In this document: positions 41,415 through 51,573 of the stretch, piece by piece
How positions within the stretch are numbered: the stretch's first letter is position 1
Layout of the letters: every line of letters begins with the position of its first letter
Origin: an uncultured Planctomycetaceae bacterium
Lineage (GTDB): Bacteria > Planctomycetota > Planctomycetia > Planctomycetales > Planctomycetaceae
Reading direction: 5' to 3'
DNA: 59,152 nucleotides
NCBI GenBank assembly: GCA_963813715.1
Contig: CAWFAK010000011.1
Span: 1-59,152 of the forward strand
Notes under the pieces: model-generated
Seen by the model: the letters and a program-made list of their open reading frames with translations, nothing else
Databases searched by the model: none
Told to the model about the DNA's origin: nothing
Made by a program: the position numbers and the translations under genes

Positions 41415-42425
41415 ATGAGGTCCAATTTCGCCGAGTCGCAAACGTATCGCATCGCCGTGCTTTCCGGCGGCGATTCCGACGAACGAGCCATCAGCCTGGA
41501 AAGCGGCCGTTGCGTGGCCGAGGCCCTGCGTGAGCGCGGGCACGAGGTGACGCTGATGGATCCAGCCGCCGCGCCGCCGGAAGCCGCCCTCTTTCGCGAC
41601 GTCGACGCCGCCTTCCTGGCGCTCCACGGTCGCAACGGCGAGGACGGCACCATTCAAGGCCTGCTCGACCGGATGGGTGTGATCTTTACTGGCAGCGGTG
41701 CCGAAGCGTCGCGCTTGGCCTTCAGCAAGTCGGCTTCGAAAGAAAGATTCTTCCAAACCGGCGTGCCGACGCCCGCCTATGTGCTCGTGCACGAATCCGA
41801 CGGCGTGCAGCGCTGCCGCGAGCTGGCCGATCGCATCGGCTTTCCGCTGGTGGTGAAGCCCGACTCGCAGGGTTCGAGCCTCGGCGTGACGATCGTGCAC
41901 TCGGTCGACGCTCTGCCGCAGGCCCTTTCACACTGCTTCCGTTACGACTCGTTCGCCCTGTTCGAGCAGGCCGTCACCGGCACCGAATGGACGCTCCCGC
42001 TCTGCGATGACGAGCCGCTGCCCTTGATTCAAATCTCGACGCCGCGCGAATTCTTCGACTTCACGGCCAAGTACGAAGATCCGGCCACGCAGTATCGCTT
42101 CGAGTTCGCGGAGAGCCGGGCGGCCATTTCGTCCCTGGTCGACGCCGGCTGCCGCGCGGCGCGGGCCATCGGCACGAAGGGACTGGCGCGGGTCGACCTG
42201 CGTCTCGACCACGAGGGTCGCCCGTGGGTGCTCGAAGTCAACACGATTCCCGGCTTCACCGATCACAGCCTGCTGCCCAAGGCGGCCGTCCACGCCGGCC
42301 TGGGCCTGGGCGAGCTGTATGAACGGTGCCTCGAACGTTCGCTGATCGCGGCTTGCAGTCGGCGCTCGATTCTCCAGGGACCCCATCGGTTACCGGCATG
42401 GCGCGCCGCGTCAAAAAGAGCCTGA
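41415..42425 (+). CDS. ddl: D-alanine--D-alanine ligase
   Basis: AGGAGG RBS; GGDSDERAISLESG, LHGRNGEDG, VVKPDSQGSSLGV, LEVNTIPGFT. Confidence 0.95.
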   Translation: MRSNFAESQTYRIAVLSGGDSDERAISLESGRCVAEALRERGHEVTLMDPAAAPPEAALFRDVDAAFLALHGRNGEDGTIQGLLDRMGVIFTGSGAEASRLAFSKSASKERFFQTGVPTPAYVLVHESDGVQRCRELADRIGFPLVVKPDSQGSSLGVTIVHSVDALPQALSHCFRYDSFALFEQAVTGTEWTLPLCDDEPLPLIQISTPREFFDFTAKYEDPATQYRFEFAESRAAISSLVDAGCRAARAIGTKGLARVDLRLDHEGRPWVLEVNTIPGFTDHSLLPKAAVHAGLGLGELYERCLERSLIAACSRRSILQGPHRLPAWRAASKRA

Positions 42426-43331
42426 AGGATTCGGACTCCGACGTCCTCTTCGTCGAAGAGGAAGAGACGAGTCTCCTCGCGCTGGATCCTCGGCCCGACC
42501 ATCGTGCTGGCGGTGATCGGGTGCATCGCGGCCTACTTCCTGTTCCCCAAGGCCCTGGAGTGGCTGCCCGATCTGTCGCATCGTCCGGAATACGTGCTCA
42601 AGCCGGACGACATCCGCTTCACCGATGCGCCGCCGTGGGTGCCGCGGACGTTCATCAAGCAAGTGGCCCGCGAAGGAGGCCTGCCGGACGACCTGTCGAT
42701 GCTCGATGCGAAGCTCGTCGACAACGTGGCGGCCGCGTTCCAAAAGCATCCGTGGGTCGATCGCGTCGTCAGCGTGCAGAAAGAATTCCCGCACCGCGTG
42801 ACGGTCGTGCTCGAGTACCGCAAGCCGGCTGCCTTCGTCGTCACGGCGACGGAACACTTTGCCGTCGATAAACACGCGGTGCTCTTGCCGCCGCCCGATT
42901 TGCCGCCGGCCGAGGACGAATTTCCGCTGATCACGAACGCCCGCTCGTCGCCCCCCACCGAAGCGGGCAGCACCTGGCACGACCGCACGATCGAAGACGC
43001 CGCCAAGATCGCCGACGCGCTCGGCCCGTCGTGGAAAAAGCTGCAGCTCAAAGCGATCGAGATCCCCAACCTGCCGGAAGACGCCCGTCCCGACGACGCC
43101 GTCTACGCCCTGCGAACCACGGGCGGCTCGCGGATCATCTGGGGCCGCGCCCCGGGCGGCGACCGCCCCGGCGAACTGTCGGCCGAACAAAAGATCGGCC
43201 GCATGGAAGAATACCTGGCCCGCAAAGGCGGCTTCACCGACCCGCAAGGCCCACTGGAAATCGACATCCGCCACTGGAAAGAAATCACCGCCCGCCCCCT
43301 CGGCGACGACGGCACGCGCACTCGCGAGTAA
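42398..43331 (+). CDS. ftsQ: FtsQ/DivIB-like bitopic membrane protein (frameshift near 42480)
   Basis: Position after ddl; short cytoplasmic N-terminus, one TM, POTRA-like HPWVDRVVSVQKEFPHRVTVVLEYRKP, terminal IDIR. Confidence 0.7.
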
Positions 43332-43951
43332 CGTCCGCGGTTTCTTCTCTCTTCTTCTCTTCCCCCTCGCCCAGTCCGCTGGGAGAGGGCCGGGGTGAGG
43401 GCGAATTTTCTCCGGGTCCCAATCTCCGGTCCCGTCCCGTTATTCAGCCGGCAATGGTGTGCCTGCGGCCGCCAGGCGGCCTTGTCGACACCCTACGAAT
43501 TCGCGTCCGCCCCTCCTGCCTTAAGGCCCAACGGGGTGACACACCTAGAGCCTGGGTCGGAGCGCAGCGCAGGCCCAGGATCTCAGGGCCACAACACCCG
43601 ACCTCCCAAAGCCCCAACGGGGCGAGACAACCACGGGACGCCGGTCGGATGCGCGGTGCAAATGTGTCCCGTCCATTGTCCGAGATACGGATGGACTTTT
43701 TAACCACCAAGCCACCAAGAGCACCGAGTAAATTCCAGCAGCTTTGCATTTCTTGGTGTCCTTGGTGTCCATGGTGGTAACAATCTGGTTCTCTTCCGAT
43801 CCCGTCCCGCCTTTCGACCTTCGACTGCGTGCGCGGCTCCTTAAGTCCGGTCCGCATTGCCAACGAAAGTGTCCGGACCCGACCCAATCCCGACCGATTG
43901 CCGGGCCGGATCGCCGCTCAACGGATCGCCGCTCACCGGATCGACGCTGAC

Positions 43952-44049
43952 CGGTGGGACCACTTTGCGGCGCCCCCCTTATATTAAATGTGGTGGTACC
44001 GTCACGGCGGGACCACTTTTAGGCGGACCCGGCGGGACAACTTGTCCCG
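43952..44049 (-). repeat. 98-bp invariant core of the composite element, copy 2
   Basis: Exact reverse complement of 30593-30690. Confidence 0.95.
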
Positions 44050-44421
44050 GCGCGCGGGGATATTTTTCTCCCTCCATCCTCTCTGTGAGAAGCTCCAGTC
44101 CCGACCCGTTTTTCGGGTCGGAGTGACGGGCGATTTCGCCGGGTTTTCTCGATGAAACAGCGTGTCCCGTCCCGCGCGGCCGGCAGTCCTGTCGGGCAGG
44201 CTGTGCCTGCCGTCCCGCACGCATATCTGGGACTTGGCTCCCCGTCCCGATTGCGAAAATGTGTCCCGTCCCGCGCCCCGCGTCGGCGGCAGGCAGAGCC
44301 TGCCCTACAAATGCCGACGGCCCCCCTCGCGGGAGCGGGATTCCAATCCCGTCCCGTTTGTCGGGTCGGGGCGACGGGCGATTTCGCCGGGTTTCCTCGG
44401 TGAAACAACGTGTCCCGTCCC

Positions 44422-45934
44422 GAATGGCACTAACTCAAGCCGGAAGGAGTTGGCAGTTGGAAGTTTATGTCGGGTGAGGAGCGTGACGGAATGCGTCTCT
44501 GAGGAATCCCGGCCTCCTGCGAGAATGAGGTTGCTAAACGACCCATTTCCACAGGAGGCCAAGGATGGCGCCATTTATCGAGTCTGTTTTGGAGCAGGTC
44601 AAGGGGGATGTGACCGAGGCGCTTTCGCCCGAGCGGATCGAGCAGATTCTGTCGCGAACTCAATCACGTGTGGCGCGACTGCACACTCAATCCGATCACC
44701 ACCGTCTATGCGTTCCTGCGGCAGGTCTTGGCGGGCAACATCGCCTGTGATCACGTGCCCCATCTCCTGGATCTGGATGTCACCGGCGAGGCCTACTGCA
44801 AGGCCCGCGCGCGATTGCCGCTGGAACTCTTCCAACGGCTGATGGAGGGGGTGGCGCGTGCTGTTGGTGCGCAAGTGCCTAACTGCTGGCGAGGTCATCG
44901 TCTTTGGCACGTGGATGGTTCTGCCTGTTCGATGCCCGACACACCCTCGCTGCAGGAGGCCTTCGGGCAATCGGGGGCTCAGCGGCCCGGCTGTGGATTT
45001 CCGGTGGCCCGTCTCCTGACACTGTTTGATGCCAGCACTGGCTTTCTCTTGCGGGTGCTGCCAGCTCCTTTGCGGTCGCATGACCTGTCGCGGGTTCAGC
45101 GCGTGCACGAGGCCTTTCAGCCGAACGACGTGGTCGTCGGCGATCGGGGATTCTGCTCCTACGCACATCTGGCACTGCTCAATTTAGCCGGCGTTTTTGC
45201 TGTGTTTCGCATCCATCAAGCGACGATCGTCAACTTCCAAAAAAGGCGGCCTTACTCGCCGCAGAAGCGTGCGAAGAATGTCCCACGCGTGAAGGGACAA
45301 CCGACGTCCCGCTGGGTCCAGTCGCTGGGCCGACACGATCAAATCGTCGAGGCGTTCAAACCGACCCAACGGCCATCGTGGATCACCCCGGAAGACTTCG
45401 CGCGGCTGCCCGAATCCCTGCTCCTACGGGAGCTGCGCTATCGCATCACTCAACGGGGGTTTCGAGTCCGCCAGGTGACCCTCGTGACGACGCTCTTGGA
45501 TCAACGACGTTACCCGGCCGTCGAACTGGCCAACCTCTATCTGAATCGCTGGCAGATCGAGACGAATCTCAGGCATCTGAAACAAACGCTCCGCATGGAC
45601 GTGCTGCGCACCAAGACAGTCGACGGGATTCACAAAGAGCTGGCCATGTTCGCCATCGTTTACAATCTGGTGCGCTGCGTGATGCTGCGTTCGGCAAAAC
45701 GCCAGCGCGTGCCGGTGACTCGGACCAGCTTCATCGACGCCCAACGACGACTCTGCCATGCCCCGCTCAACGCGGCCCCCAGAAATCTGATCGTTGTTCC
45801 CCACCGCCCAGGTCGTTGCGAGCCACGCGCCTCTAAGCGACGACCAAAACAATACGATCTCATGAACAAACCACGTCGCCAACTTCAACAAGCCCTGATC
45901 CACAAACAAGTAACGCCTTAAGTTAGTGCCATTC
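44422..45934 (+). mobile_element. IS4 family insertion sequence with terminal IRs and an 11-bp target duplication
   Basis: IRs GAATGGCACTAACTCAAG / CTTAAGTTAGTGCCATTC; flanked by TGTCCCGTCCC at 44411-44421 and 45935-45945. Confidence 0.93.
44565..45921 (+). CDS. IS4 family DDE transposase (frameshift near 44660)
   Basis: AGGAGG RBS; AYCKARARLP, HVDGS, GDRGFCSY, YLNRWQIETNLRHLK (YREK motif). Confidence 0.93.
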
Positions 45935-46226
45935 TGTCCCGTCCCGAGTCCCGACCGGCCCGGGCCGGGCCGGCGGACCAAAGGCGCCGGCTTCCTGTCG
46001 CCCCGTCTCGGTCCGCGGGCGAAAGGCACCGGCTTACTGCGTGCGCGGCTCCTTAATACGTATCCCGTCCCACCCGACTTTGGACGACGCCTTCGGCGGA
46101 CTTCGACTTTGGACTCGCCCAGTCCCAATCGCCGCCCCCCGCGCGCACCGAAACGTCGCGCATCGATCCGCTTCCTCAATTCAGCCACAAAAACTCGATT
46201 CGGCCAAGATCAGTTTTTCGGAGTTT

Positions 46227-46366
46227 GGGTGACCGGACAACTCGTTGTCCGGGTCGCGCGCGACAAGAGGCGGCACTTGAACGTTGGGCCACGTCCGCAG
46301 CTATCACCTTGTTGGAGCAGCCTCTTGCTGCTTCGCAGCCGGGACAACGAGTAGTCCCGGCCACCC
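46227..46366. repeat. 140-bp REPIN/MITE-like element, copy 1
   Basis: GGGTGACCGGACAACTCGTTGTCCGG ... CCGGGACAACGAGTAGTCCCGGCCACCC; direct repeat of 47485-47625. Confidence 0.9.
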
Positions 46367-46385
46367 GACGGGCCGAATGCGGTTC

Positions 46386-46865
46386 TCACTTTGTTTCTGC
46401 CTTTACGCCTTTGTCGCGCCCGTCTTTGATGGCATCGATTAATTTCAGGAGTTCGTCCCGTTCAGGTGTATCGTTCGCTTCATAGAAGCGGCCTCGCTTG
46501 GTCGAGTAGAGGAATTGCATCTTGTCGTGGCACTCCACCACGTCCTCCACCACAAGTCCCTGGTCGCCGGCTGCCCAAAGAATGAATTTGTCCCCTAGCG
46601 CCGGCAATATGACGCAGTCGACGTCTGGTGGGTCGTAATACGGGGGTCTCGTCAGCAATGTGCGAACAGATGCTATCTGCTTGCTGCTTAGTGCGTACCA
46701 GTGGCCGTTGCGCTCCAGATTTGCAGCCAGTATTACTGTTCTCGGTGGCTTTGGAACTTGAGAACGAACGTCACGTTCATCTGCCATCGCTGCTGGTGGT
46801 GAGCTGAGCGTGGCTGTGCTGGCAACCAATGCACCGATGACGGTGGCCATCAAAATCCGTTTCAT
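46386..46865 (-). CDS. Hypothetical secreted protein
   Basis: Signal peptide MKRILMATVIGALVASTATL...AMA; GGAG RBS; ATGA coupling to the upstream ORF. Confidence 0.7.
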   Translation of the reverse strand: MKRILMATVIGALVASTATLSSPPAAMADERDVRSQVPKPPRTVILAANLERNGHWYALSSKQIASVRTLLTRPPYYDPPDVDCVILPALGDKFILWAAGDQGLVVEDVVECHDKMQFLYSTKRGRFYEANDTPERDELLKLIDAIKDGRDKGVKAETK

Positions 46866-47386
46866 GGCTGGTTCTCCGAACGCGATTGTTTGTCGGGGTG
46901 GCGTCTGACAAACTGGCCGATAAGGTCATTGTCCACGAACTGGTCTTCACGCTGAAAGCAAGACACTCGCTTAATGCCGGACTGCTTAAAGAGCGCTCGG
47001 TCAATTGGGCGAAGGAAAATCAGGCGCTCCCCCAGGTCTACGATATCCAAGGTTCGGAGTCGGCCTCGGATCGTGCCGTTTTCTCTGGAAGACGTGAGCG
47101 TAAGGGTCGTCTTTGTCGCGCTCCATCGTCCAGCGGCATCTCCATATTGCATCCCGCATTGACCCGACTCCGAGGCGTAATAGCTGCCATTCGGGTTGAG
47201 CCTTAGCATGCCGCAGGTGCTGTCCAGATAGGTGCCGCCGATGACTTTCGGCCCAAAAGGGTTGACGGCGGAAGCGGACGACCCGAGTTCTTGGGTGCGA
47301 TGCGTTGTATGTCTGGAAACCCGGTACTCGACGGCAGCACTGGCTGCGACCATCGCGACACAATGCGCAATTGAAATCCATTTCAT
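46862..47386 (-). CDS. Hypothetical exported protein, possibly a lipocalin/NlpE-like beta-barrel
   Basis: AGGA RBS; hydrophobic N-terminus; GTY...LRLNPNGSY...C...GRW pattern. Confidence 0.65.
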   Translation of the reverse strand: MKWISIAHCVAMVAASAAVEYRVSRHTTHRTQELGSSASAVNPFGPKVIGGTYLDSTCGMLRLNPNGSYYASESGQCGMQYGDAAGRWSATKTTLTLTSSRENGTIRGRLRTLDIVDLGERLIFLRPIDRALFKQSGIKRVSCFQREDQFVDNDLIGQFVRRHPDKQSRSENQP

Positions 47387-47484
47387 TGCTCGGTTCCTGC
47401 GGGAAGCGATTTTATTTGGGACGTCTTAGCCCAGCAAGATGTCGTCCTACAGTCGCACGTTGGGAATGCCTCTGTCGGTTCGGC

Positions 47485-47625
47485 GGGTGGCCGGACAACT
47501 CGTTGCCCGGGTCGCGACGCGACAACAGGCGGCACTTGAACGTTGGGCCACATCTGCAGCCATCGCCTGGTTGGAGCAGCCTCTTGTTGCTTCGCAGCCG
47601 GGACAACGAGTTATCCCGGCCACCC
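47485..47625. repeat. 141-bp REPIN/MITE-like element, copy 2
   Basis: GGGTGGCCGGACAACTCGTTGCCCGG ... CCGGGACAACGAGTTATCCCGGCCACCC. Confidence 0.9.
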
Positions 47626-47742
47626 AACGATACCAAGAGCCCTCGCTCACCAGCTTTTTGCGCGAGGAGTCATAAAGACTTGCGCAATAAAAAGTTGGTG
47701 CTACACATAGTCTCAATCGTAACCACACGAAAGGAGACGGAT

Positions 47743-48624
47743 GTGGAACACCAACTCTGGAAGGCGATTTTGATCCTTCTCAAACAGGCGAGCAAGCGTC
47801 GTCGGTGCACGCGGGAACGATACGGGGCAGACGACATTGTGCGGGTTTGGCTGTGGGCCGTTCTGCACGGTCGGCCTGTGTCCTGGGCGTGCGATCTTCG
47901 GAACTGGCCGCTGCATGAGCGTCGCCGCAAATTGCCATCGTCGAGCACCATGTCGAGACGACTGCGGAGTGCCGAGGTCCAGCAAATGCTGCAAGAGATC
48001 GAACGTTCTGAACTGGCTCCTCGTGGGAACAAGCCCCTGTATTGGATGATCGATGGCAAGCCTCTGCCGATCGGCGGTTGCTCGAAAGACCGGCAAGCTG
48101 GGTACGGCCGCGCCGCGGGCTGCAAAGCCAAAGGGTACAAGCTACACGCGGTGGTCGGCAGCGATGGCTCGATCGCTGCCTGGCGCGTGGCTCCCATGCA
48201 AAAGGATGAGCGGGCGATGGGGCGGCGGATGTTGAAGCAAGCGGCTGTGCAAGGGTACTTGCTCGCCGATGCAAATTTCGACTCGAACCAGTTACACGAC
48301 GTCTGCCTCGAACGCGGCGTGCAACTGGTGGCACCTCCGCGTTACGGATTTGGCCGTCGCCGTGGCCATCGGCGTCAGAGTCCCGCTCGGCTGCGATCTC
48401 TTGAACTGCTCTCGAATCCGCAAAGCTCGTTCGGCCGTGCCCTCCATCAAGAACGTAACGCGATCGAACGCTACTTCGGATACTTGAGCACTTGGAGCGC
48501 CGGATTGCAGGCACTGCCCGCTTGGGTTCGCGGCCACCGACGCGTCCACCGCTGGGTGCAAGGCAAGCTCATCTTTACCGCCTTGCGACGGCGATGCCAA
48601 AAAACGACTTACGTCACGAGATGA
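47743..48624 (+). mobile_element. DDE transposase (DDE_Tnp_1 type, IS5/IS982-like; element ends not resolved)
   Basis: AAGGAG RBS plus GTG; PSSSTMSRRL, IDGK, GYKLH, LADANFDS, RNAIERYFG. Confidence 0.85.
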
Positions 48625-48785
48625 AAAAAGTTGTCACGCTTCGGGTTGGTCTGTCGCACCCGCGTGGCTCGTTTGGCCCGTCTCGCGGCGGCCGAAAACA
48701 CCCCGGATCGACCTTGTGGCTCGCATCCTCTAAAATTGAAGCTGAAAACATCGCGGCACGGACAGACAGGGACACGGATCGACAC

Positions 48786-49653
48786 ATGACGCAGAAGATC
48801 TATCTCAACGGCGCGCTCGTTCCCAAGGAAGACGCGAAAATCAGCGTTTATGATCACGGGTTGCTCTACGGCGACGGCGTGTTTGAGGGGATTCGGGTTT
48901 ACGGCGGCAAGGTCTTTTTGCTGCCGGAGCACATCAAGCGGCTGTATGAGAGTGCGCTGGCGATTCGGCTGGCGATTCCGATGTCGCAGACCAAGATGGC
49001 CGAGGCGGTGGAGAGCACCGTGGCGGCCAACGCGCTCAAGGACGGTTACATTCGGCTGGTGGTGACGCGCGGGGCGGGGACGCTGGGGCTCGATATTCGC
49101 CGCACGAGCGATCCGCAGGTGATCATCATTGTCGACACGATCACGCATGTATCCGGAGGCCATTTATCAGAACGGGATGGCCCTCGTCACGGCCAGCACG
49201 ATTCGCAATCATCCGCACGCGCTTTCCGCCCGCATCAAGTCGCTCAATTACCTCAACAACATTCTGGCAAAGATGGAGGGGACCGACGCCGGGTTTGAAG
49301 AGGCCCTGATGCTCAACCACAACGGCGAGGTGGCCGAGTGCACCGGGGACAACATCTTTATCGTGAAGAACCGGGTGCTTCGCACGCCGCTCGCCGGAGG
49401 CCGGCATTCTCGACGGGATCACGCGGGGAGCCGTGATTCGCCTGGCCAAGCAGGCCGGCGTCACCGTGGTCGAAGGGCCGATGATGCGGCACGACATCTA
49501 CACGGCCGACGAATGCTTTTTGACCGGCACCGCGGCCGAGGTGGTCGCCGTCGTCAGCCTGGACGGCCGCACGATCGGCGACGGCAAGCCGGGGCCGATC
49601 ACGAAGGATTGCTGGCCCGCTTCCGCGAGCTGACCCGCAAGGGGGGCTGGTAG
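48786..49653 (+). CDS. ilvE: Branched-chain amino acid aminotransferase (frameshifts near 49145, 49390 and 49610)
   Basis: ISVYDHGLLYGDGVFEGIR, YIRLVVTRG, IKSLNYLNNILAK, ADECFLTGTAAEV. Confidence 0.93.
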
Positions 49654-49743
49654 CGGACCGCGAAATCTGTCGGCGGGTGCGGTCCTTCGGCGCCGCTTCG
49701 GGGTTGAATCGTTAGGGCGGCGATTCACGATCCGGAGACCGGA

Positions 49744-49914
49744 TTTCACCACAAAGGCACAAAGGCACTAAGAAGGCGAAGACGTTGAACAGGAGGAAAC
49801 AGAGTGAACAGAGTAAGACAGAGTCGAATTGACTGATTTCTCTGTTGCCTCTGTTTCCTCCTGTTCAAAACTTTCCTGCTCAAATCTTTGTGTCTTCGTC
49901 CCTTTGTGGTGAAA
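49744..49914. repeat. Nested palindromic repeat, homologous to 31275-31415
   Basis: Outer TTTCACCACAAAG / CTTTGTGGTGAAA; inner TTGAACAGGAGG / CCTCCTGTTCAA. Confidence 0.88.
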
Positions 49915-49966
49915 GAAAATCTTCGCCTACCTGCCGGCGAGAGTCATACGGAACAGCGAGACGATC

Positions 49967-50699
49967 ATGAGCAATCCCCTGAGCCGATTGGCGACCTGTG
50001 TCGGAATCTTGCTCTGTTCGGTTGCCGTGTTGGCTGGGCCGCCGCAGGGGGACAAGTCGACGAAGGCGGCCAAGGAGGCGCTGTCGCAGTTCAATTCGTT
50101 GATCGGCGGGTGGCGGGGGACGGCGCAGCCGCGGCGCGGGTCGGCGACGGGGAGTTGGCGGGAATCGGCGGAGTGGGTTTGGGATTTCAGCCAGCCCGAG
50201 CCGGCCATTCGTTACGTCGTCACCGACGGCAAGCTGCTGAAGTCGGTCCGCATCACGTTCGACGACAAGGTCGGCCGGTTTCACGCGACGGCCGAACTGC
50301 CCGACGGTACGACGCGCGAATACGCGGGCAAGTTCGACGACGATCGGCTGGTGCTCAGCTCGCAGCCCGACGCGAAGCAGGAAATTCATCGCCTGACGAT
50401 CACGCGGCTGAACGACAAGCGAACGATCGTGCTCTTCGAGAAGAAGCGGGCGACGTCCCGCGGGCTGGCTCGCGTGGCCGAGGTCGGCTACACGCGCGAG
50501 GGGACGCGGCTGGCCGTCGAAGGGGGCGACGGGCCCGGAGTGCGTCGTCACGGGCGGCAAGGGGACGATTCCCATCAGCTACAAAGGGCAGACGTATTAC
50601 GTCTGCTGCTCCGGCTGCAAGCAGGCCTTCAACGACAACCCCGAAAAGATCCTCGCCGAATACCGCGCGCGGCAAGAAGCCCGCAACAAATCGAAATAG
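49967..50699 (+). CDS. Secreted protein with a C-terminal YHS/TRASH-like metal-binding domain (frameshift near 50535)
   Basis: Signal peptide; shifted frame reads ECVVTGGKGTIPISYKGQTYYVCCSGCKQAFNDNPEK with stop at 50699. Confidence 0.8.
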
Positions 50700-50781
50700 C
50701 GTCGCCGATTATCGCCCGAGAAGAGCGGCGCGTCGGGGAAATGTCCGTCGGGGAAAGTCCGTCGGGCGGGAGAAAACTCGC

Positions 50782-51415
50782 GTGCCCAGGCAGAACCGGG
50801 TGACGCCGTTCGGGGAGATCATCGCCACTTCCGAACGAGGCACGTTCATGGGCAATCGGGGCATTCTGCACGATCCGGACGGGCGGGTGCGGCGGAAATG
50901 GGTGCTCAAGAATTGGCTCGTCTGCGTGCTCGAATTCCGCGGCCGCAAGCGGACGGTAATGACGCCGAACCGCTATACCGAGCTGTTCTTTCTCGATGAG
51001 GCGACGGCGCTGGCGGCCGGCCATCGACCGTGTGCCGAGTGCCGGCACGCACGATTCATCGATTTTTGCATCGCGTGGAAGGCCGGCGCACCCCGGCGAG
51101 TTCGGCTCGAAGCGTCCGACCGCGGGTGAAATGGATGAACGGCTGCATGCCGAGCGGGCGAATGCGGACCGCTCGAAGCGATCGCATCCAGCGCAGCTCG
51201 CGGATTTGCCCGACGGCGCCTTCGTGACGGTGCCGAGCGAGGGGCAAGACGCGTGGCTCGTCTTGGGCGGGCAGCTCCTCAAATGGTCGGCGGGCGGCTA
51301 CGGCGAACGTCGGCCGCGGCCAGCACAGCTCGACGTCGCGCTGCTGACTCCGCCCTCGACGGTGGCCGCGATCCGTGCTGGGTATTTGCCGGCGATTCAC
51401 GCGTCAGCCCGGTGA
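50782..51415 (+). CDS. Conserved hypothetical protein with an Ada-like GHRPCAEC motif (frameshift near 51085)
   Basis: GGGAG RBS plus GTG; QNRVTPFG...MGNRGILH...YTELFFLDEATALAAGHRPCAECR; C-terminus LPDGAFV...LTPPSTVAAIRAGY. Confidence 0.8.
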
Positions 51416-51467
51416 AGTGCGTCGGAAAATCGCGGCACAGCGGCCAAAGCTCAGGCGCAAACCGCCG

Positions 51468-51496
51468 TTGACACCTTTGGCCCGGCGGCATAAATT
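51468..51496 (+). promoter_or_regulatory. Sigma70-like promoter
   Basis: TTGACA, 17-bp spacer, TAAATT. Confidence 0.65.
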
Positions 51497-51573
51497 CCGC
51501 CTCCCCTTCACTCCGCATTTCGCGATTTCGTATCGCTATCGCATCCACTGAAAGTTCCACCGGGAGCTGCTAC

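Larger units (their letters stand above)
43363..46234 (-). repeat. Composite non-coding repeat element, copy 2 (inverted; interrupted by an IS4 element)
   Basis: 43430-44060, 44383-44421 and 46015-46234 match 30075-31214 in reverse complement. Confidence 0.9.

Noticed and set aside
30075..46234. Composite transposon or invertible segment bounded by the two inverted copies
   Set aside because: The enclosed genes are housekeeping (comM, sulP, mur genes), there is no recombinase and no outer target duplication was seen; passive inversion by homologous recombination cannot be excluded
46227..47628. Integron attC sites
   Set aside because: An ACCCAAC occurs at about 47622-47628 but in the wrong position and orientation for an attC, there is no matching GTTRRRY end, and no intI is in the window
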